From: Escherichia coli | GTDB lineage: Bacteria > Pseudomonadota > Gammaproteobacteria > Enterobacterales > Enterobacteriaceae | Reading direction: 5' to 3' (one strand) | DNA: 64,000 nt | Assembly (NCBI RefSeq): GCF_024700885.2 | Contig: NZ_CP117016.1 | In this document: piece after piece, positions 1-11,014 of the stretch | How the letters are laid out: every line of letters begins with the position of its first letter | Position numbering within the stretch: position 1 is the stretch's first letter | Notes under the pieces: model-generated | What the model saw: the letters and a program-made list of their open reading frames with translations, nothing else | Database searches by the model: none | What the model was told of the DNA's origin: nothing | Translations under genes and position numbers: made by a program

Positions 1-3000
1 AGCTGGATCTCGCCGCCAACAACGGTACGCAACATACGGTATTTTCCGGGCCGGAAGCCCGTCTCGCGGTATTTTGCGCCACGCTCTCGCAGCATGACAT
101 TAACTATCGTCGCCTGAGCGTAACCGGTGCGGCGCACTCCGCTTTACTGGAGCCGATACTCGATCGGTTCCTGGACACCTGCGCGGGACTGCACGCGGAG
201 CCGGGGCAAATACCGATTATTTCCACGCTCACCGCCGACGTCATTGATGAGTCAACGCTCAACCAGGCGGATTACTGGCGCCGACACATGCGCCAGCCGG
301 TGCGTTTTATCCAGAGTATTCAGGTGGCGCATCAGCTCGGCGCCCGCGTTTTTCTGGAGATGGGGCCCGATGCCCAGTTGGTTGCTTGCGGGCAGCGCGA
401 ATACCGCGATAACGCATACTGGATAGCCAGCGCCCGGCGTAACAAAGAGGCGAGCGATGTCCTCAATCAGGCCCTGCTCCAGCTTTACGCTGCCGGCGTC
501 GCCCTACCGTGGGCCGACCTGCTGGCGGGCGATGGACAACGTATCGCTGCGCCATGTTATCCGTTTGATACTGAACGTTACTGGAAAGAGCGCGTCTCCC
601 CGGCCTGCGAGCCTGCCGACGCAGCGCTGTCTGCCGGGCTGGAGGTGGCGAGTCGCGCCGCGACAGCGCTCGATCTCCCTCGCCTGGAAGCGCTTAAACA
701 GTGCGCCACGCGACTGCACGCCATCTACGTCGATCAACTGGTACAACGCTGTACCGGCGATGCCATTGAGAACGGCGTGGACGCCATGACCATCATGCGC
801 CGTGGACGTCTGCTGCCCCGCTACCAGCAGCTACTCCAGCGCCTGCTGAATAACTGCGTGGTCGACGGCGATTACCGCTGCACCGACGGGCGATACGTCC
901 GCGCCCGCCCCATTGAACATCAACAGCGGGAATCACTGCTGACGGAACTTGCCGGTTATTGTGAAGGTTTTCAGGCTATTCCCGACACCATCGCCCGTGC
1001 CGGCGATCGGTTATATGAAATGATGAGCGGCGCGGAAGAACCGGTGGCGATTATCTTCCCGCAAAGCGCCTCCGACGGCGTGGAAGTGCTGTATCAGGAA
1101 TTCAGCTTTGGCCGCTATTTCAACCAAATCGCCGCCGGGGTATTACGCGGCATTGTCCAGACGCGTCAGCCCCGCCAGCCGTTGCGTATTCTTGAAGTTG
1201 GCGGCGGAACCGGCGGCACCACCGCGTGGCTGCTGCCGGAACTCAACGGCGTTCCGGCACTGGAGTACCATTTCACCGATATCTCGGCGCTGTTCACCCG
1301 TCGCGCCCAGCAGAAATTCGCCGACTACGATTTTGTGAAGTATAGCGAGCTGGATCTCGAAAAAGAGGCGCAGTCTCAGGGTTTCCAGGCACAGTCTTAC
1401 GATCTTATCGTGGCAGCGAACGTGATTCACGCCACCCGCCATATTGGCCGCACGCTCGATAATCTGCGCCCCCTGCTCAAGCCGGGCGGGCGCCTGCTGA
1501 TGCGCGAAATCACCCAGCCAATGCGTCTGTTTGACTTCGTTTTCGGCCCGCTGGTTCTTCCGCTACAGGATCTCGACGCCCGCGAAGGTGAGTTATTCCT
1601 CACCACCGCTCAGTGGCAACAACAGTGCCGCCACGCCGGATTCAGCAAAGTGGCGTGGCTACCGCAGGATGGCAGCCCGAACGCCGGGATGAGCGAACAT
1701 ATCATTCTCGCCACGCTGCCCGGTCAGGCGGTTAGCGCCGTAACATTCACCGCGCCATCAGAACCCGTGTTGGGGCAGGCGCTGACGGATAACGGTGATT
1801 ATCTCGCCGACTGGTCTGATTGCGCAGGTCAGCCCGAACAGTTTAACGCCCGCTGGCAGGAGGCATGGCGTCTGCTTTCACAGCGTCATGGCGACGCTCT
1901 GCCTGTGGAACCGCCCCCCGTCGCCGCCCCGGAGTGGCTGGGGAAGGTTCGCTTAAGCTGGCAAAACGAAGCCTTTTCCCGCGGTCAGATGCGCGTTGAA
2001 GCCCGTCATCCTGCTGGCGAGTGGCTGCCGCTATCGCCCGCCGCGCCTCTTCCTGCGCCGCAAACGCATTATCAATGGCGCTGGACGCCCCTCAACGTCG
2101 CCAGCATTGACCATCCGCTTACCTTTAGCTTCAGCGCCGGTACGCTTGCGCGCAGCGACGAGCTGGCGCAATACGACATCATTCACGATCCGCACGCCTC
2201 TTCACGACTGATGATTGTTGAGGAGAGCGAGGATACGCTGGCCTTAGCGGAGAAAGTGATAGCAGCGCTCACCGCCAGCGCAGCCGGATTGATTGTGGTT
2301 ACTCGCCGCGCGTGGCGAGTCGAGGAAAATGAAGCACTCTCTGCATCCCATCACGCGCTATGGGCCTTGCTTCGCGTCGCGGCCAACGAACAGCCGGAAC
2401 GGTTGCTTGCCGCCATCGATCTCGCCGAAAACACCCCGTGGGAAACGCTGCATCAAGGGTTGAGCGCAGTCTCACTATCACAGCGCTGGCTCGCCGCACG
2501 GGGTGACACCCTTTGGCTTCCTTCACTGTCGCCCAATACGGGATGCGCCGCTGAATTACCGGCAAACGTGTTTACCGGCGATAGCCGCTGGCATCTGGTG
2601 ACCGGAGCGTTTGGCGGATTAGGCCGCCTTGCCGTGAACTGGCTCAGAGAAAAAGGGGCGCGACGCATCGCCCTGCTGGCGCCGCGCGTGGATGAGTCAT
2701 GGCTACGCGACGTGGAGGGCGGGCAGACGCGCGTCTGCCGTTGTGATGTGGGCGATGCCGGGCAACTGGCCACGGTTCTTGACGATCTGGCGGCCAACGG
2801 CGGCATTGCCGGAGCGATTCATGCCGCTGGCGTATTGGCTGACGCGCCCTTGCAGGAGCTTGATGACCACCAGCTGGCTGCCGTTTTCGCGGTAAAAGCG
2901 CAGGCGGCAAGCCAGCTGTTGCAAACCCTGCGCAACCACGACGGACGCTATCTTATTCTCTACTCTTCCGCTGCCGCCACCCTCGGCGCGCCGGGTCAGA

Positions 3001-6000
3001 GCGCCCATGCGCTGGCCTGCGGCTACCTGGACGGGCTGGCCCAGCAGTTTTCCACCCTTGATGCGCCGAAAACGCTCTCTGTCGCCTGGGGCGCATGGGG
3101 AGAAAGCGGTCGGGCGGCCACGCCGGAAATGCTGGCGACGCTCGCCAGCCGAGGTATGGGCGCGTTAAGCGATGCCGAAGGCTGCTGGCACCTGGAACAG
3201 GCGGTGATGCGCGGCGCCCCGTGGCGACTGGCGATGCGCGTTTTTACCGACAAAATGCCCCCGTTACAACAGGCTCTGTTTAACATCAGCGCCACAGAAA
3301 AAGCCGCAACGCCGGTCATTCCTCCTGCTGATGACAACGCCTTTAACGGCAGCCTGAGCGATGAAACAGCGGTGATGGCATGGCTGAAAAAGCGGATTGC
3401 GGTTCAGCTAAGGCTGAGCGATCCGGCGTCACTGCATCCAAACCAGGATCTGTTGCAACTCGGCATGGACTCGCTGCTCTTCCTTGAACTCAGTAGCGAT
3501 ATTCAGCACTACCTGGGTGTACGCATCAATGCGGAACGGGCGTGGCAGGATCTGTCTCCTCATGGACTCACGCAGCTTATCTGTTCTAAGCCAGAGGCGA
3601 CGCCTGCCGCTTCGCAGCCGGAAGTGTTGCGGCACGACGCCGACGAGCGTTATGCGCCCTTCCCTTTGACGCCCATTCAGCACGCCTACTGGCTGGGGCG
3701 AACCCACCTCATTGGCTATGGCGGCGTCGCCTGTCACGTCCTGTTTGAGTGGGATAAACGCCACGATGAGTTCGATCTCGCCATACTGGAGAAAGCATGG
3801 AACCAGCTCATCGCACGCCACGATATGTTGCGTATGGTGGTTGATGCCGACGGGCAGCAGCGAATCCTGGCGACAACGCCGGAGTATCACATCCCGCGTG
3901 ACGATCTGCGCGCGCTTTCCCCGGAAGAACAGCGCATCGCGCTGGAAAAACGGCGGCATGAACTGAGCTATCGCGTTTTGCCTGCCGACCAGTGGCCTCT
4001 TTTTGAGCTGGTGGTCAGCGAAATCGACGATTGCCATTACCGTCTGCATATGAACCTCGACCTTTTGCAGTTTGATGTGCAGAGTTTTAAAGTCATGATG
4101 GACGACCTGGCGCAGGTCTGGCGCGGTGAAACGCTGGCACCGCTCGCTATTACCTTCCGTGATTATGTGATGGCTGAACAGGCGCGCCGACAGACATCGG
4201 CATGGCACGATGCCTGGGATTACTGGCAGGAAAAACTGCCGCAACTGCCCTTAGCGCCAGAGCTGCCGGTGGTTGAGACGCCCCCGGAAACGCCACACTT
4301 CACCACCTTCAAATCGACGATCGGCAAGACAGAATGGCAGGCCGTGAAACAGCGCTGGCAGCAGCAAGGCGTCACACCGTCTGCCGCGCTGCTCACGCTG
4401 TTTGCCGCCACCCTTGAGCGCTGGAGCCGTACCACAACATTTACGCTGAACCTGACGTTCTTCAATCGCCAGCCGATCCATCCGCAAATCAACCAGTTGA
4501 TTGGTGATTTTACCTCCGTCACGCTGGTTGATTTTAACTTCTCAGCGCCGGTGACGTTGCAAGAGCAGATGCAACAGACCCAACAGCGCCTCTGGCAAAA
4601 CATGGCGCACAGTGAAATGAACGGTGTTGAGGTGATCCGTGAGCTGGGCCGCCTGCGCGGATCACAACGTCAACCGCTGATGCCGGTAGTGTTTACCAGT
4701 ATGCTGGGGATGACGCTGGAAGGCATGACTATCGATCAGGCGATGAGCCATCTGTTCGGCGAACCCTGCTATGTATTCACGCAAACGCCGCAGGTCTGGC
4801 TGGATCATCAGGTCATGGAGAGTGACGGCGAGTTGATGTTTAGCTGGTACTGCATGGACAACGTGCTGGAACCCGGCGCTGCCGAGGCGATGTTTAATGA
4901 CTATTGCGCCATCCTGCAAGCCGTCATCGCCGCCCCTGAAAGCCTGAAGACTCTCGCCAGCGGCATCGCCAGGCACATTCCCCGCCGACGCTGGCCGCTG
5001 AACGCGCAGGCGGACTACGACCTGCGGGATATTGAGCAGGCGACGCTCGAATACCCCGGCATCCGGCAGGCCAGAGCGGAAATAACCGAACAGGGCGCGT
5101 TGACGCTGGATATCGTGATGGCCGACGATCCTTCGCCATCAGCGGCGATGCCTGATGAGCACGAACTTACCCAACTGGCGCTGCCGTTGCCTGAGCAGGC
5201 GCAGCTTGATGAGCTGGAGGCGACCTGGCGCTGGCTGGAGGCGCGTGCGCTACAGGGGATCGCGGCTACGCTAAATCGTCACGGCCTGTTTACCACGCCG
5301 GAGATCGCCCATCGCTTTAGCGCAATAGTACAGGCGCTGTCCTCGCAAGCGTCTCACCAGCGTCTGCTGCGCCAGTGGCTACAGTGTCTGACGGAAAGAG
5401 AGTGGTTAATCCGCGAAGGTGAAAGCTGGCGCTGCCGCATTCCGCTCAGCGAGATTCCTGAGCCTCAGGAAGCGTGCCCGCAAAGCCAATGGAGCCAGGC
5501 GCTGGCGCAGTATCTGGAAACCTGCATCGCCCGGCACGACGCCCTCTTCTCCGGGCAGTGTTCTCCGCTGGAATTGCTGTTCAACGAGCAGCATCGCGTT
5601 ACCGACGCGCTGTATCGCGACAACCCCGCCAGCACCTGTCTGAATCGCTATACCGCGCAGATTGCCGCCTTGTGCAGCGCAGAACGGATTCTGGAGGTTG
5701 GCGCCGGAACCGCAGCCACTACCGCGCCGGTGCTGAAGGCCACGCGGAACACGCGACAGTCGTACCACTTCACGGACGTCTCCGCGCAGTTCCTCAATGA
5801 CGCCAGAGCCCGTTTCCATGATGAATCGCAGGTGTCTTATGCCTTGTTCGACATCAACCAGCCGCTGGATTTCACCGCCCACCCGGAGGCGGGTTACGAC
5901 CTGATCGTTGCCGTCAATGTGCTCCACGACGCCAGCCATGTCGTCCAGACGTTGCGCAGATTAAAACTGTTGCTGAAAGCCGGCGGACGTTTGCTGATCG

Positions 6001-7406
6001 TTGAAGCGACGGAGCGAAACAGCGTATTCCAGCTGGCGAGCGTGGGCTTTATTGAGGGATTAAGCGGATACCGCGATTTCCGCCGCCGGGATGAGAAACC
6101 GATGCTCACCCGCTCCGCATGGCAGGAGGTTCTCGTTCAGGCCGGGTTTGCAAACGAGCTGGCGTGGCCCGCGCAGGAATCGTCGCCGCTGCGCCAGCAT
6201 CTGCTGGTAGCGCGTTCGCCTGGCGTAAATCGCCCGGATAAAAAAGCCGTGAGCCGCTATTTACAGCAGCGCTTTGGCACCGGTCTGCCCATTTTACAGA
6301 TCCGGCAAAGAGAAGCGTTATTTACGCCGCTGCATGCCCCGTCTGATGCGCCGACTGAGCCAGCCAAACCCACGCCAGTTGCCGGGGGGAATCCGGCACT
6401 GGAAAAACAGGTGGCTGAACTCTGGCAATCGCTGCTGTCTCGCCCCGTGGCAAGGCATCACGACTTTTTCGAACTGGGCGGCGACAGCCTGATGGCGACA
6501 AGGATGGTCGCGCAGCTAAACCGGAGAGGGATTGCCAGGGCTAACCTTCAGGATCTGTTCAGCCATTCGACGCTGAGCGACTTCTGCGCCCATCTACAGG
6601 CGGCTACGTCAGGAGAGGACAACCCGATACCCCTTTGCCAGGGCGACGGTGAGGAAACCCTGTTTGTCTTCCACGCTTCAGACGGCGATATCAGCGCCTG
6701 GCTGCCGCTCGCTAGCGCGTTGAACAGGCGCGTTTTCGGCCTGCAAGCAAAATCGCCGCAGCGCCTTGCCACGCTCGACCAGATGATCGATGAGTATGTC
6801 GGGTGCATCCGTCGTCAGCAGCCTCACGGCCCTTATGTGCTGGCGGGTTGGTCGTATGGCGCGTTTCTTGCGGCGGGCGCCGCACAACGCCTGTACGCCA
6901 AAGGCGAGCAGGTTCGGATGGTGTTAATCGATCCCGTGTGCCGACAGGATTTCTGTTGCGAAAACCGGGCGGCCCTGCTGCGCCTGTTAGCCGAAGGACA
7001 AACGCCTCTGGCACTGCCCGAACATTTCGACCAGCAGACGCCCGACAGCCAGCTTGCCGACTTTATTAGCCTCGCTAAAACGGCCGGTATGGTGTCGCAA
7101 AACCTGACGCTGCAAGCGGCAGAAACGTGGCTCGACAACATCGCGCATCTGCTGCGTTTACTGACTGAGCATACGCCGGGCGAAAGCGTTCCGGTCCCCT
7201 GTCTCATGGTGTATGCCGCCGGGAGACCCGCGCACTGGACGCCAGCAGAAACCGAGTGGCAGGGCTGGATAAACAACGCCGACGACGCTGTGATTGAAGC
7301 CAGCCACTGGCAAATCATGATGGAAGCCCCCCACGTTCAGGCTTGTGCGCAACACATTACGCGCTGGCTTTGCGCAACCTCAACGCAACCGGAGAACACG
7401 TTATGA
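1..7406 (+). CDS. irp1: Yersiniabactin PKS/NRPS HMWP1, 5'-truncated at window edge (reading frame opens at nt 3; ORF-track Met at 288 is internal)
   Basis: Frame 3 is open from nt 3 to the stop at 7404-7406. Translation shows an acyltransferase motif (GAAHSALLEP), two SAM-methyltransferase motifs (LEVGGGTGG near 1195; LEVGAGTAA near 5695), a KR Rossmann motif (VTGAFGGLGR near 2600), carrier-protein serines (LGMDSLL near 3465; GGDSLMA near 6485), a cyclization-type D-rich motif near 4060 and a thioesterase GWSYG near 6850. Gene order matches the HPI. Confidence 0.9.
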   Translation, partial: LDLAANNGTQHTVFSGPEARLAVFCATLSQHDINYRRLSVTGAAHSALLEPILDRFLDTCAGLHAEPGQIPIISTLTADVIDESTLNQADYWRRHMRQPVRFIQSIQVAHQLGARVFLEMGPDAQLVACGQREYRDNAYWIASARRNKEASDVLNQALLQLYAAGVALPWADLLAGDGQRIAAPCYPFDTERYWKERVSPACEPADAALSAGLEVASRAATALDLPRLEALKQCATRLHAIYVDQLVQRCTGDAIENGVDAMTIMRRGRLLPRYQQLLQRLLNNCVVDGDYRCTDGRYVRARPIEHQQRESLLTELAGYCEGFQAIPDTIARAGDRLYEMMSGAEEPVAIIFPQSASDGVEVLYQEFSFGRYFNQIAAGVLRGIVQTRQPRQPLRILEVGGGTGGTTAWLLPELNGVPALEYHFTDISALFTRRAQQKFADYDFVKYSELDLEKEAQSQGFQAQSYDLIVAANVIHATRHIGRTLDNLRPLLKPGGRLLMREITQPMRLFDFVFGPLVLPLQDLDAREGELFLTTAQWQQQCRHAGFSKVAWLPQDGSPNAGMSEHIILATLPGQAVSAVTFTAPSEPVLGQALTDNGDYLADWSDCAGQPEQFNARWQEAWRLLSQRHGDALPVEPPPVAAPEWLGKVRLSWQNEAFSRGQMRVEARHPAGEWLPLSPAAPLPAPQTHYQWRWTPLNVASIDHPLTFSFSAGTLARSDELAQYDIIHDPHASSRLMIVEESEDTLALAEKVIAALTASAAGLIVVTRRAWRVEENEALSASHHALWALLRVAANEQPERLLAAIDLAENTPWETLHQGLSAVSLSQRWLAARGDTLWLPSLSPNTGCAAELPANVFTGDSRWHLVTGAFGGLGRLAVNWLREKGARRIALLAPRVDESWLRDVEGGQTRVCRCDVGDAGQLATVLDDLAANGGIAGAIHAAGVLADAPLQELDDHQLAAVFAVKAQAASQLLQTLRNHDGRYLILYSSAAATLGAPGQSAHALACGYLDGLAQQFSTLDAPKTLSVAWGAWGESGRAATPEMLATLASRGMGALSDAEGCWHLEQAVMRGAPWRLAMRVFTDKMPPLQQALFNISATEKAATPVIPPADDNAFNGSLSDETAVMAWLKKRIAVQLRLSDPASLHPNQDLLQLGMDSLLFLELSSDIQHYLGVRINAERAWQDLSPHGLTQLICSKPEATPAASQPEVLRHDADERYAPFPLTPIQHAYWLGRTHLIGYGGVACHVLFEWDKRHDEFDLAILEKAWNQLIARHDMLRMVVDADGQQRILATTPEYHIPRDDLRALSPEEQRIALEKRRHELSYRVLPADQWPLFELVVSEIDDCHYRLHMNLDLLQFDVQSFKVMMDDLAQVWRGETLAPLAITFRDYVMAEQARRQTSAWHDAWDYWQEKLPQLPLAPELPVVETPPETPHFTTFKSTIGKTEWQAVKQRWQQQGVTPSAALLTLFAATLERWSRTTTFTLNLTFFNRQPIHPQINQLIGDFTSVTLVDFNFSAPVTLQEQMQQTQQRLWQNMAHSEMNGVEVIRELGRLRGSQRQPLMPVVFTSMLGMTLEGMTIDQAMSHLFGEPCYVFTQTPQVWLDHQVMESDGELMFSWYCMDNVLEPGAAEAMFNDYCAILQAVIAAPESLKTLASGIARHIPRRRWPLNAQADYDLRDIEQATLEYPGIRQARAEITEQGALTLDIVMADDPSPSAAMPDEHELTQLALPLPEQAQLDELEATWRWLEARALQGIAATLNRHGLFTTPEIAHRFSAIVQALSSQASHQRLLRQWLQCLTEREWLIREGESWRCRIPLSEIPEPQEACPQSQWSQALAQYLETCIARHDALFSGQCSPLELLFNEQHRVTDALYRDNPASTCLNRYTAQIAALCSAERILEVGAGTAATTAPVLKATRNTRQSYHFTDVSAQFLNDARARFHDESQVSYALFDINQPLDFTAHPEAGYDLIVAVNVLHDASHVVQTLRRLKLLLKAGGRLLIVEATERNSVFQLASVGFIEGLSGYRDFRRRDEKPMLTRSAWQEVLVQAGFANELAWPAQESSPLRQHLLVARSPGVNRPDKKAVSRYLQQRFGTGLPILQIRQREALFTPLHAPSDAPTEPAKPTPVAGGNPALEKQVAELWQSLLSRPVARHHDFFELGGDSLMATRMVAQLNRRGIARANLQDLFSHSTLSDFCAHLQAATSGEDNPIPLCQGDGEETLFVFHASDGDISAWLPLASALNRRVFGLQAKSPQRLATLDQMIDEYVGCIRRQQPHGPYVLAGWSYGAFLAAGAAQRLYAKGEQVRMVLIDPVCRQDFCCENRAALLRLLAEGQTPLALPEHFDQQTPDSQLADFISLAKTAGMVSQNLTLQAAETWLDNIAHLLRLLTEHTPGESVPVPCLMVYAAGRPAHWTPAETEWQGWINNADDAVIEASHWQIMMEAPHVQACAQHITRWLCATSTQPENTL

Positions 7407-8503
7407 TGCCGTCCGCCTCCCCAAAACAACGCGTACTGATTGTGGGCGCCAAATTTGGCGAAATGTACCTGAATGCCTTTATGCAGCCCCCGGAGGGGCT
7501 GGAACTGGTCGGCCTGCTGGCGCAGGGAAGCGCCCGTTCAAGAGAGCTGGCTCATGCGTTTGGCATTCCGCTGTATACCTCGCCGGAACAGATAACCAGG
7601 ATGCCGGATATCGCCTGTATTGTCGTGCGTTCGACCGTCGCCGGAGGAACCGGTACGCAGCTTGCCAGACACTTTCTGACGCGCGGCGTACACGTCATTC
7701 AGGAGCATCCCCTCCACCCGGATGACATCAGTTCCTTACAAACGCTGGCGCAGGAACAGGGCTGCTGCTATTGGGTAAACACGTTTTATCCGCATACGCG
7801 CGCGGGACGCACATGGCTTCGCGATGCGCAGCAGCTGCGTCGCTGTCTGGCTAAGACGCCGCAGGTGGTCCACGCCACCACCAGCCGACAGTTGCTCTAC
7901 TCCACTCTGGATTTGTTGTTGCTGGCTCTGGGCGTTGATGCCGTCGCCGTGGAGTGCGACGTGGTTGGCAGCTTTAGCGATTTTCACTGTCTGAGACTCT
8001 TCTGGCCGGAGGGAGAAGCCTGCCTGCTGCTTCAGCGCTATCTCGATCCTGACGATCCAGATATGCATAGCCTTATCATGCACCGCCTGCTGCTGGGCTG
8101 GCCGGAAGGTCATCTTTCGCTGGAGGCGAGCTACGGCCCCGTCATCTGGTCATCCAGCCTGTTTGTCGCAGACCATCAGGAGAACGCCCACAGCCTCTAC
8201 CGCAGACCGGAGATCCTGCGCGATCTGCCGGGTCTGACGCGCAGCGCGGCGCCCCTGAGCTGGCGCGACTGCTGCGAAACCGTCGGGCCGGAGGGCGTCA
8301 GCTGGTTGCTACACCAGTTGCGCAGCCATCTGGCGGGCGAACATCCACCAGCGGCCTGCCAAAGCGTACATCAGATCGCGTTATCACGTTTATGGCAGCA
8401 GATTTTACGTAAGACCGGCAATGCGGAGATCAGACGCCTGACGCCGCCGCACCACGACCGGTTAGCCGGTTTCTACAACGATGATGATAAGGAGGCGCTG
8501 TGA
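7403..8503 (+). CDS. ybtU: Thiazolinyl imide reductase (yersiniabactin biosynthesis)
   Basis: 366-aa product starting MMPSASPKQRVLIVGAKFG; the ATG overlaps the irp1 stop (ATGA) and its own stop overlaps the ybtT GTG start. Position between irp1 and ybtT is conserved. Confidence 0.85.
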   Translation: MMPSASPKQRVLIVGAKFGEMYLNAFMQPPEGLELVGLLAQGSARSRELAHAFGIPLYTSPEQITRMPDIACIVVRSTVAGGTGTQLARHFLTRGVHVIQEHPLHPDDISSLQTLAQEQGCCYWVNTFYPHTRAGRTWLRDAQQLRRCLAKTPQVVHATTSRQLLYSTLDLLLLALGVDAVAVECDVVGSFSDFHCLRLFWPEGEACLLLQRYLDPDDPDMHSLIMHRLLLGWPEGHLSLEASYGPVIWSSSLFVADHQENAHSLYRRPEILRDLPGLTRSAAPLSWRDCCETVGPEGVSWLLHQLRSHLAGEHPPAACQSVHQIALSRLWQQILRKTGNAEIRRLTPPHHDRLAGFYNDDDKEAL

Positions 8504-9303
8504 CGCAATCTGCAATGTGCATACCGCTGTGGCCCGCCCGGAACGGCAATACTGCGCATCTGGTCATGTGCCCTTTCGCTGGCGGCAGCAGTAGCGCGTT
8601 TCGCCACTGGCAAGCTGAGCAACTGGCTGATTGCGCGCTTTCTCTGGTGACCTGGCCGGGGCGCGATCGCCTTCGCCATCTGGAACCGCTCAGAAGCATT
8701 ACACAACTGGCGGCACTGCTGGCGAACGAGCTGGAAGCATCCGTATCGCCTGACACGCCGCTTTTACTCGCCGGGCACAGCATGGGGGCGCAGGTGGCGT
8801 TTGAAACCTGCCGACTTCTGGAGCAACGGGGGCTTGCGCCACAAGGACTGATTATTTCCGGGTGCCATGCCCCGCATCTGCATTCTGAACGCCAGCTCAG
8901 CCATCGCGATGATGCCGACTTTATCGCTGAGCTGATAGACATTGGCGGATGTTCTCCTGAACTGCGGGAAAACCAGGAATTAATGTCGCTGTTTCTTCCT
9001 CTTCTGCGCGCTGATTTTTACGCCACCGAGAGCTATCACTACGACTCGCCCGACGTCTGTCCGCCGCTGCGCACGCCTGCGCTGTTATTGTGCGGCAGCC
9101 ACGATCGCGAAGCCTCCTGGCAGCAGGTCGATGCCTGGCGTCAGTGGCTGAGCCACGTTACAGGCCCGGTGGTGATTGACGGCGATCATTTCTATCCCAT
9201 TCAACAAGCCCGGTCCTTTTTTACGCAGATTGTCCGCCATTTTCCCCACGCATTTTCTGCAATGACCGCGTTGCAAAAACAGCCCAGTACTTCAGAAAGG
9301 TGA
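8500..9303 (+). CDS. ybtT: Type II thioesterase (yersiniabactin editing)
   Basis: 267 aa with an alpha/beta-hydrolase GHSMG motif; GTG start overlaps the ybtU stop. Confidence 0.85.
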   Translation: MTQSAMCIPLWPARNGNTAHLVMCPFAGGSSSAFRHWQAEQLADCALSLVTWPGRDRLRHLEPLRSITQLAALLANELEASVSPDTPLLLAGHSMGAQVAFETCRLLEQRGLAPQGLIISGCHAPHLHSERQLSHRDDADFIAELIDIGGCSPELRENQELMSLFLPLLRADFYATESYHYDSPDVCPPLRTPALLLCGSHDREASWQQVDAWRQWLSHVTGPVVIDGDHFYPIQQARSFFTQIVRHFPHAFSAMTALQKQPSTSER

Positions 9304-9306
9304 CGC

Positions 9307-10884
9307 ATGAATTCTTCCTTTGAATCTCTGATTGAACAGTATCCCTTACCCATTGCCGAACAGTTGCACCACTGGGCGGCCCGTTATGCCTCGCGAATTG
9401 CCGTCGTTGATGCAAAGGGGTCGTTAACCTACAGCGCGCTTGATGCACAAGTTGACGAACTTGCCGCAGGTCTGTCATCACTGGGTTTGCGTTCGGGGGA
9501 GCATGTAATTGTGCAGCTTCCCAACGACAATGCGTTTGTTACCCTGCTGTTCGCCTTGTTAAGACTGGGCGTTATCCCCGTGCTGGCGATGCCCTCGCAA
9601 CGGGCGCTGGATATCGACGCGCTGATTGAGCTGGCGCAACCCGTCGCTTACGTTATTCACGGGGAAAACCACGCAGAGCTGGCCCGACAGATGGCGCACA
9701 AACACGCCTGCTTGCGTCATGTTCTGGTCGCTGGAGAGACCGTGAGCGACGATTTTACGCCGCTCTTCTCCCTTCACGGTGAGCGACAGGCATGGCCGCA
9801 GCCTGATGTTTCCGCCACCGCGTTGTTGTTGCTCTCAGGCGGCACAACCGGCACGCCCAAACTCATCCCGCGCCGACATGCCGACTATAGCTATAACTTC
9901 AGCGCTTCTGCTGAACTGTGCGGCATCAGCCAACAGAGCGTGTATCTCGCCGTCCTCCCGGTGGCGCATAACTTTCCGCTGGCCTGCCCCGGTATTCTGG
10001 GAACGCTTGCCTGCGGCGGAAAAGTGGTGCTGACCGACAGCGCCAGCTGTGATGAGGTGATGCCTTTAATCGCGCAGGAAAGAGTGACTCACGTCGCCCT
10101 GGTTCCGGCGCTGGCGCAATTATGGGTGCAGGCCAGGGAGTGGGAAGACAGCGACCTTTCGTCGCTGCGCGTCATTCAGGCAGGCGGCGCCCGGCTCGAC
10201 CCGACGCTTGCTGAGCAGGTTATCGCCACCTTTGACTGTACCCTGCAACAGGTTTTCGGTATGGCGGAAGGCCTGCTCTGTTTTACCCGGCTGGACGATC
10301 CGCATGCCACCATTCTCCACAGCCAGGGGCGCCCGTTGTCCCCTCTGGATGAAATCCGCATCGTTGATCAAGACGAGAACGACGTCGCGCCGGGCGAAAC
10401 CGGGCAATTGTTAACGCGCGGCCCTTATACCATTTCGGGCTATTACCGCGCCCCTGCCCACAACGCGCAGGCCTTTACCGCGCAAGGGTTTTACCGCACA
10501 GGCGACAATGTCAGGCTGGATGAGGTGGGGAACCTGCACGTTGAGGGACGCATAAAAGAGCAGATCAACCGCGCCGGAGAAAAAATAGCCGCGGCTGAAG
10601 TGGAATCGGCACTGCTGCGTTTAGCGGAAGTGCAAGATTGCGCGGTGGTCGCCGCGCCGGACACGCTGCTTGGCGAGCGGATTTGCGCGTTTATCATCGC
10701 GCAGCAGGTGCCAACTGACTATCAGCAGTTGCGTCAACAACTGACCCGTATGGGGCTCAGCGCGTGGAAAATTCCTGACCAAATCGAGTTTCTGGACCAC
10801 TGGCCGCTCACCGCCGTCGGCAAGATAGACAAAAAACGCCTGACGGCTCTCGCCGTCGACCGTTATCGCCATTCTGCCCAATAA
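9307..10884 (+). CDS. ybtE: Salicyl-AMP ligase (adenylation enzyme)
   Basis: 525 aa with adenylate-forming enzyme motifs (SGGTTGTPK, GYYRAP, GDN, EGRIKEQINRAGEK). Confidence 0.9.
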   Translation: MNSSFESLIEQYPLPIAEQLHHWAARYASRIAVVDAKGSLTYSALDAQVDELAAGLSSLGLRSGEHVIVQLPNDNAFVTLLFALLRLGVIPVLAMPSQRALDIDALIELAQPVAYVIHGENHAELARQMAHKHACLRHVLVAGETVSDDFTPLFSLHGERQAWPQPDVSATALLLLSGGTTGTPKLIPRRHADYSYNFSASAELCGISQQSVYLAVLPVAHNFPLACPGILGTLACGGKVVLTDSASCDEVMPLIAQERVTHVALVPALAQLWVQAREWEDSDLSSLRVIQAGGARLDPTLAEQVIATFDCTLQQVFGMAEGLLCFTRLDDPHATILHSQGRPLSPLDEIRIVDQDENDVAPGETGQLLTRGPYTISGYYRAPAHNAQAFTAQGFYRTGDNVRLDEVGNLHVEGRIKEQINRAGEKIAAAEVESALLRLAEVQDCAVVAAPDTLLGERICAFIIAQQVPTDYQQLRQQLTRMGLSAWKIPDQIEFLDHWPLTAVGKIDKKRLTALAVDRYRHSAQ

Positions 10885-10893
10885 GCGCAAACC

Positions 10894-10960
10894 GACCCGA
10901 AACAGGTTGAAATAAACCCGTTTCGGGTAGCACTACTATTAGAAATAGTTATCATTTTCA
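10894..10960 (+). promoter_or_regulatory. fyuA upstream control region: inverted repeat (cccgaaac/gtttcggg, 10896-10927) and an AT-rich Fur-box-like sequence (agaaatagttatcattttc, 10941-10959)
   Basis: Read directly in the 130-bp ybtE–fyuA intergenic region; fyuA/psn is known to be Fur- and YbtA-regulated. Confidence 0.35.
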
Positions 10961-11014
10961 ATTCACCATTGTCGGTATTTTTGGCGTTTCGCCGTCTTAC
11001 AGGGACTCACAACA

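Noticed and set aside
127-426. 99-codon plus-strand ORF near the window start
   Set aside because: Out of frame within irp1, whose frame is open from nt 3; no independent support.
3429-4244. 271-codon minus-strand ORF
   Set aside because: Antisense to the irp1 cyclization-domain region; an artefact of GC-rich coding sequence.
7343-7402. N-terminal extension of ybtU in the ORF track
   Set aside because: Overlaps the irp1 3' end; the ATG at 7403, coupled to the irp1 stop, gives the expected 366-aa product.
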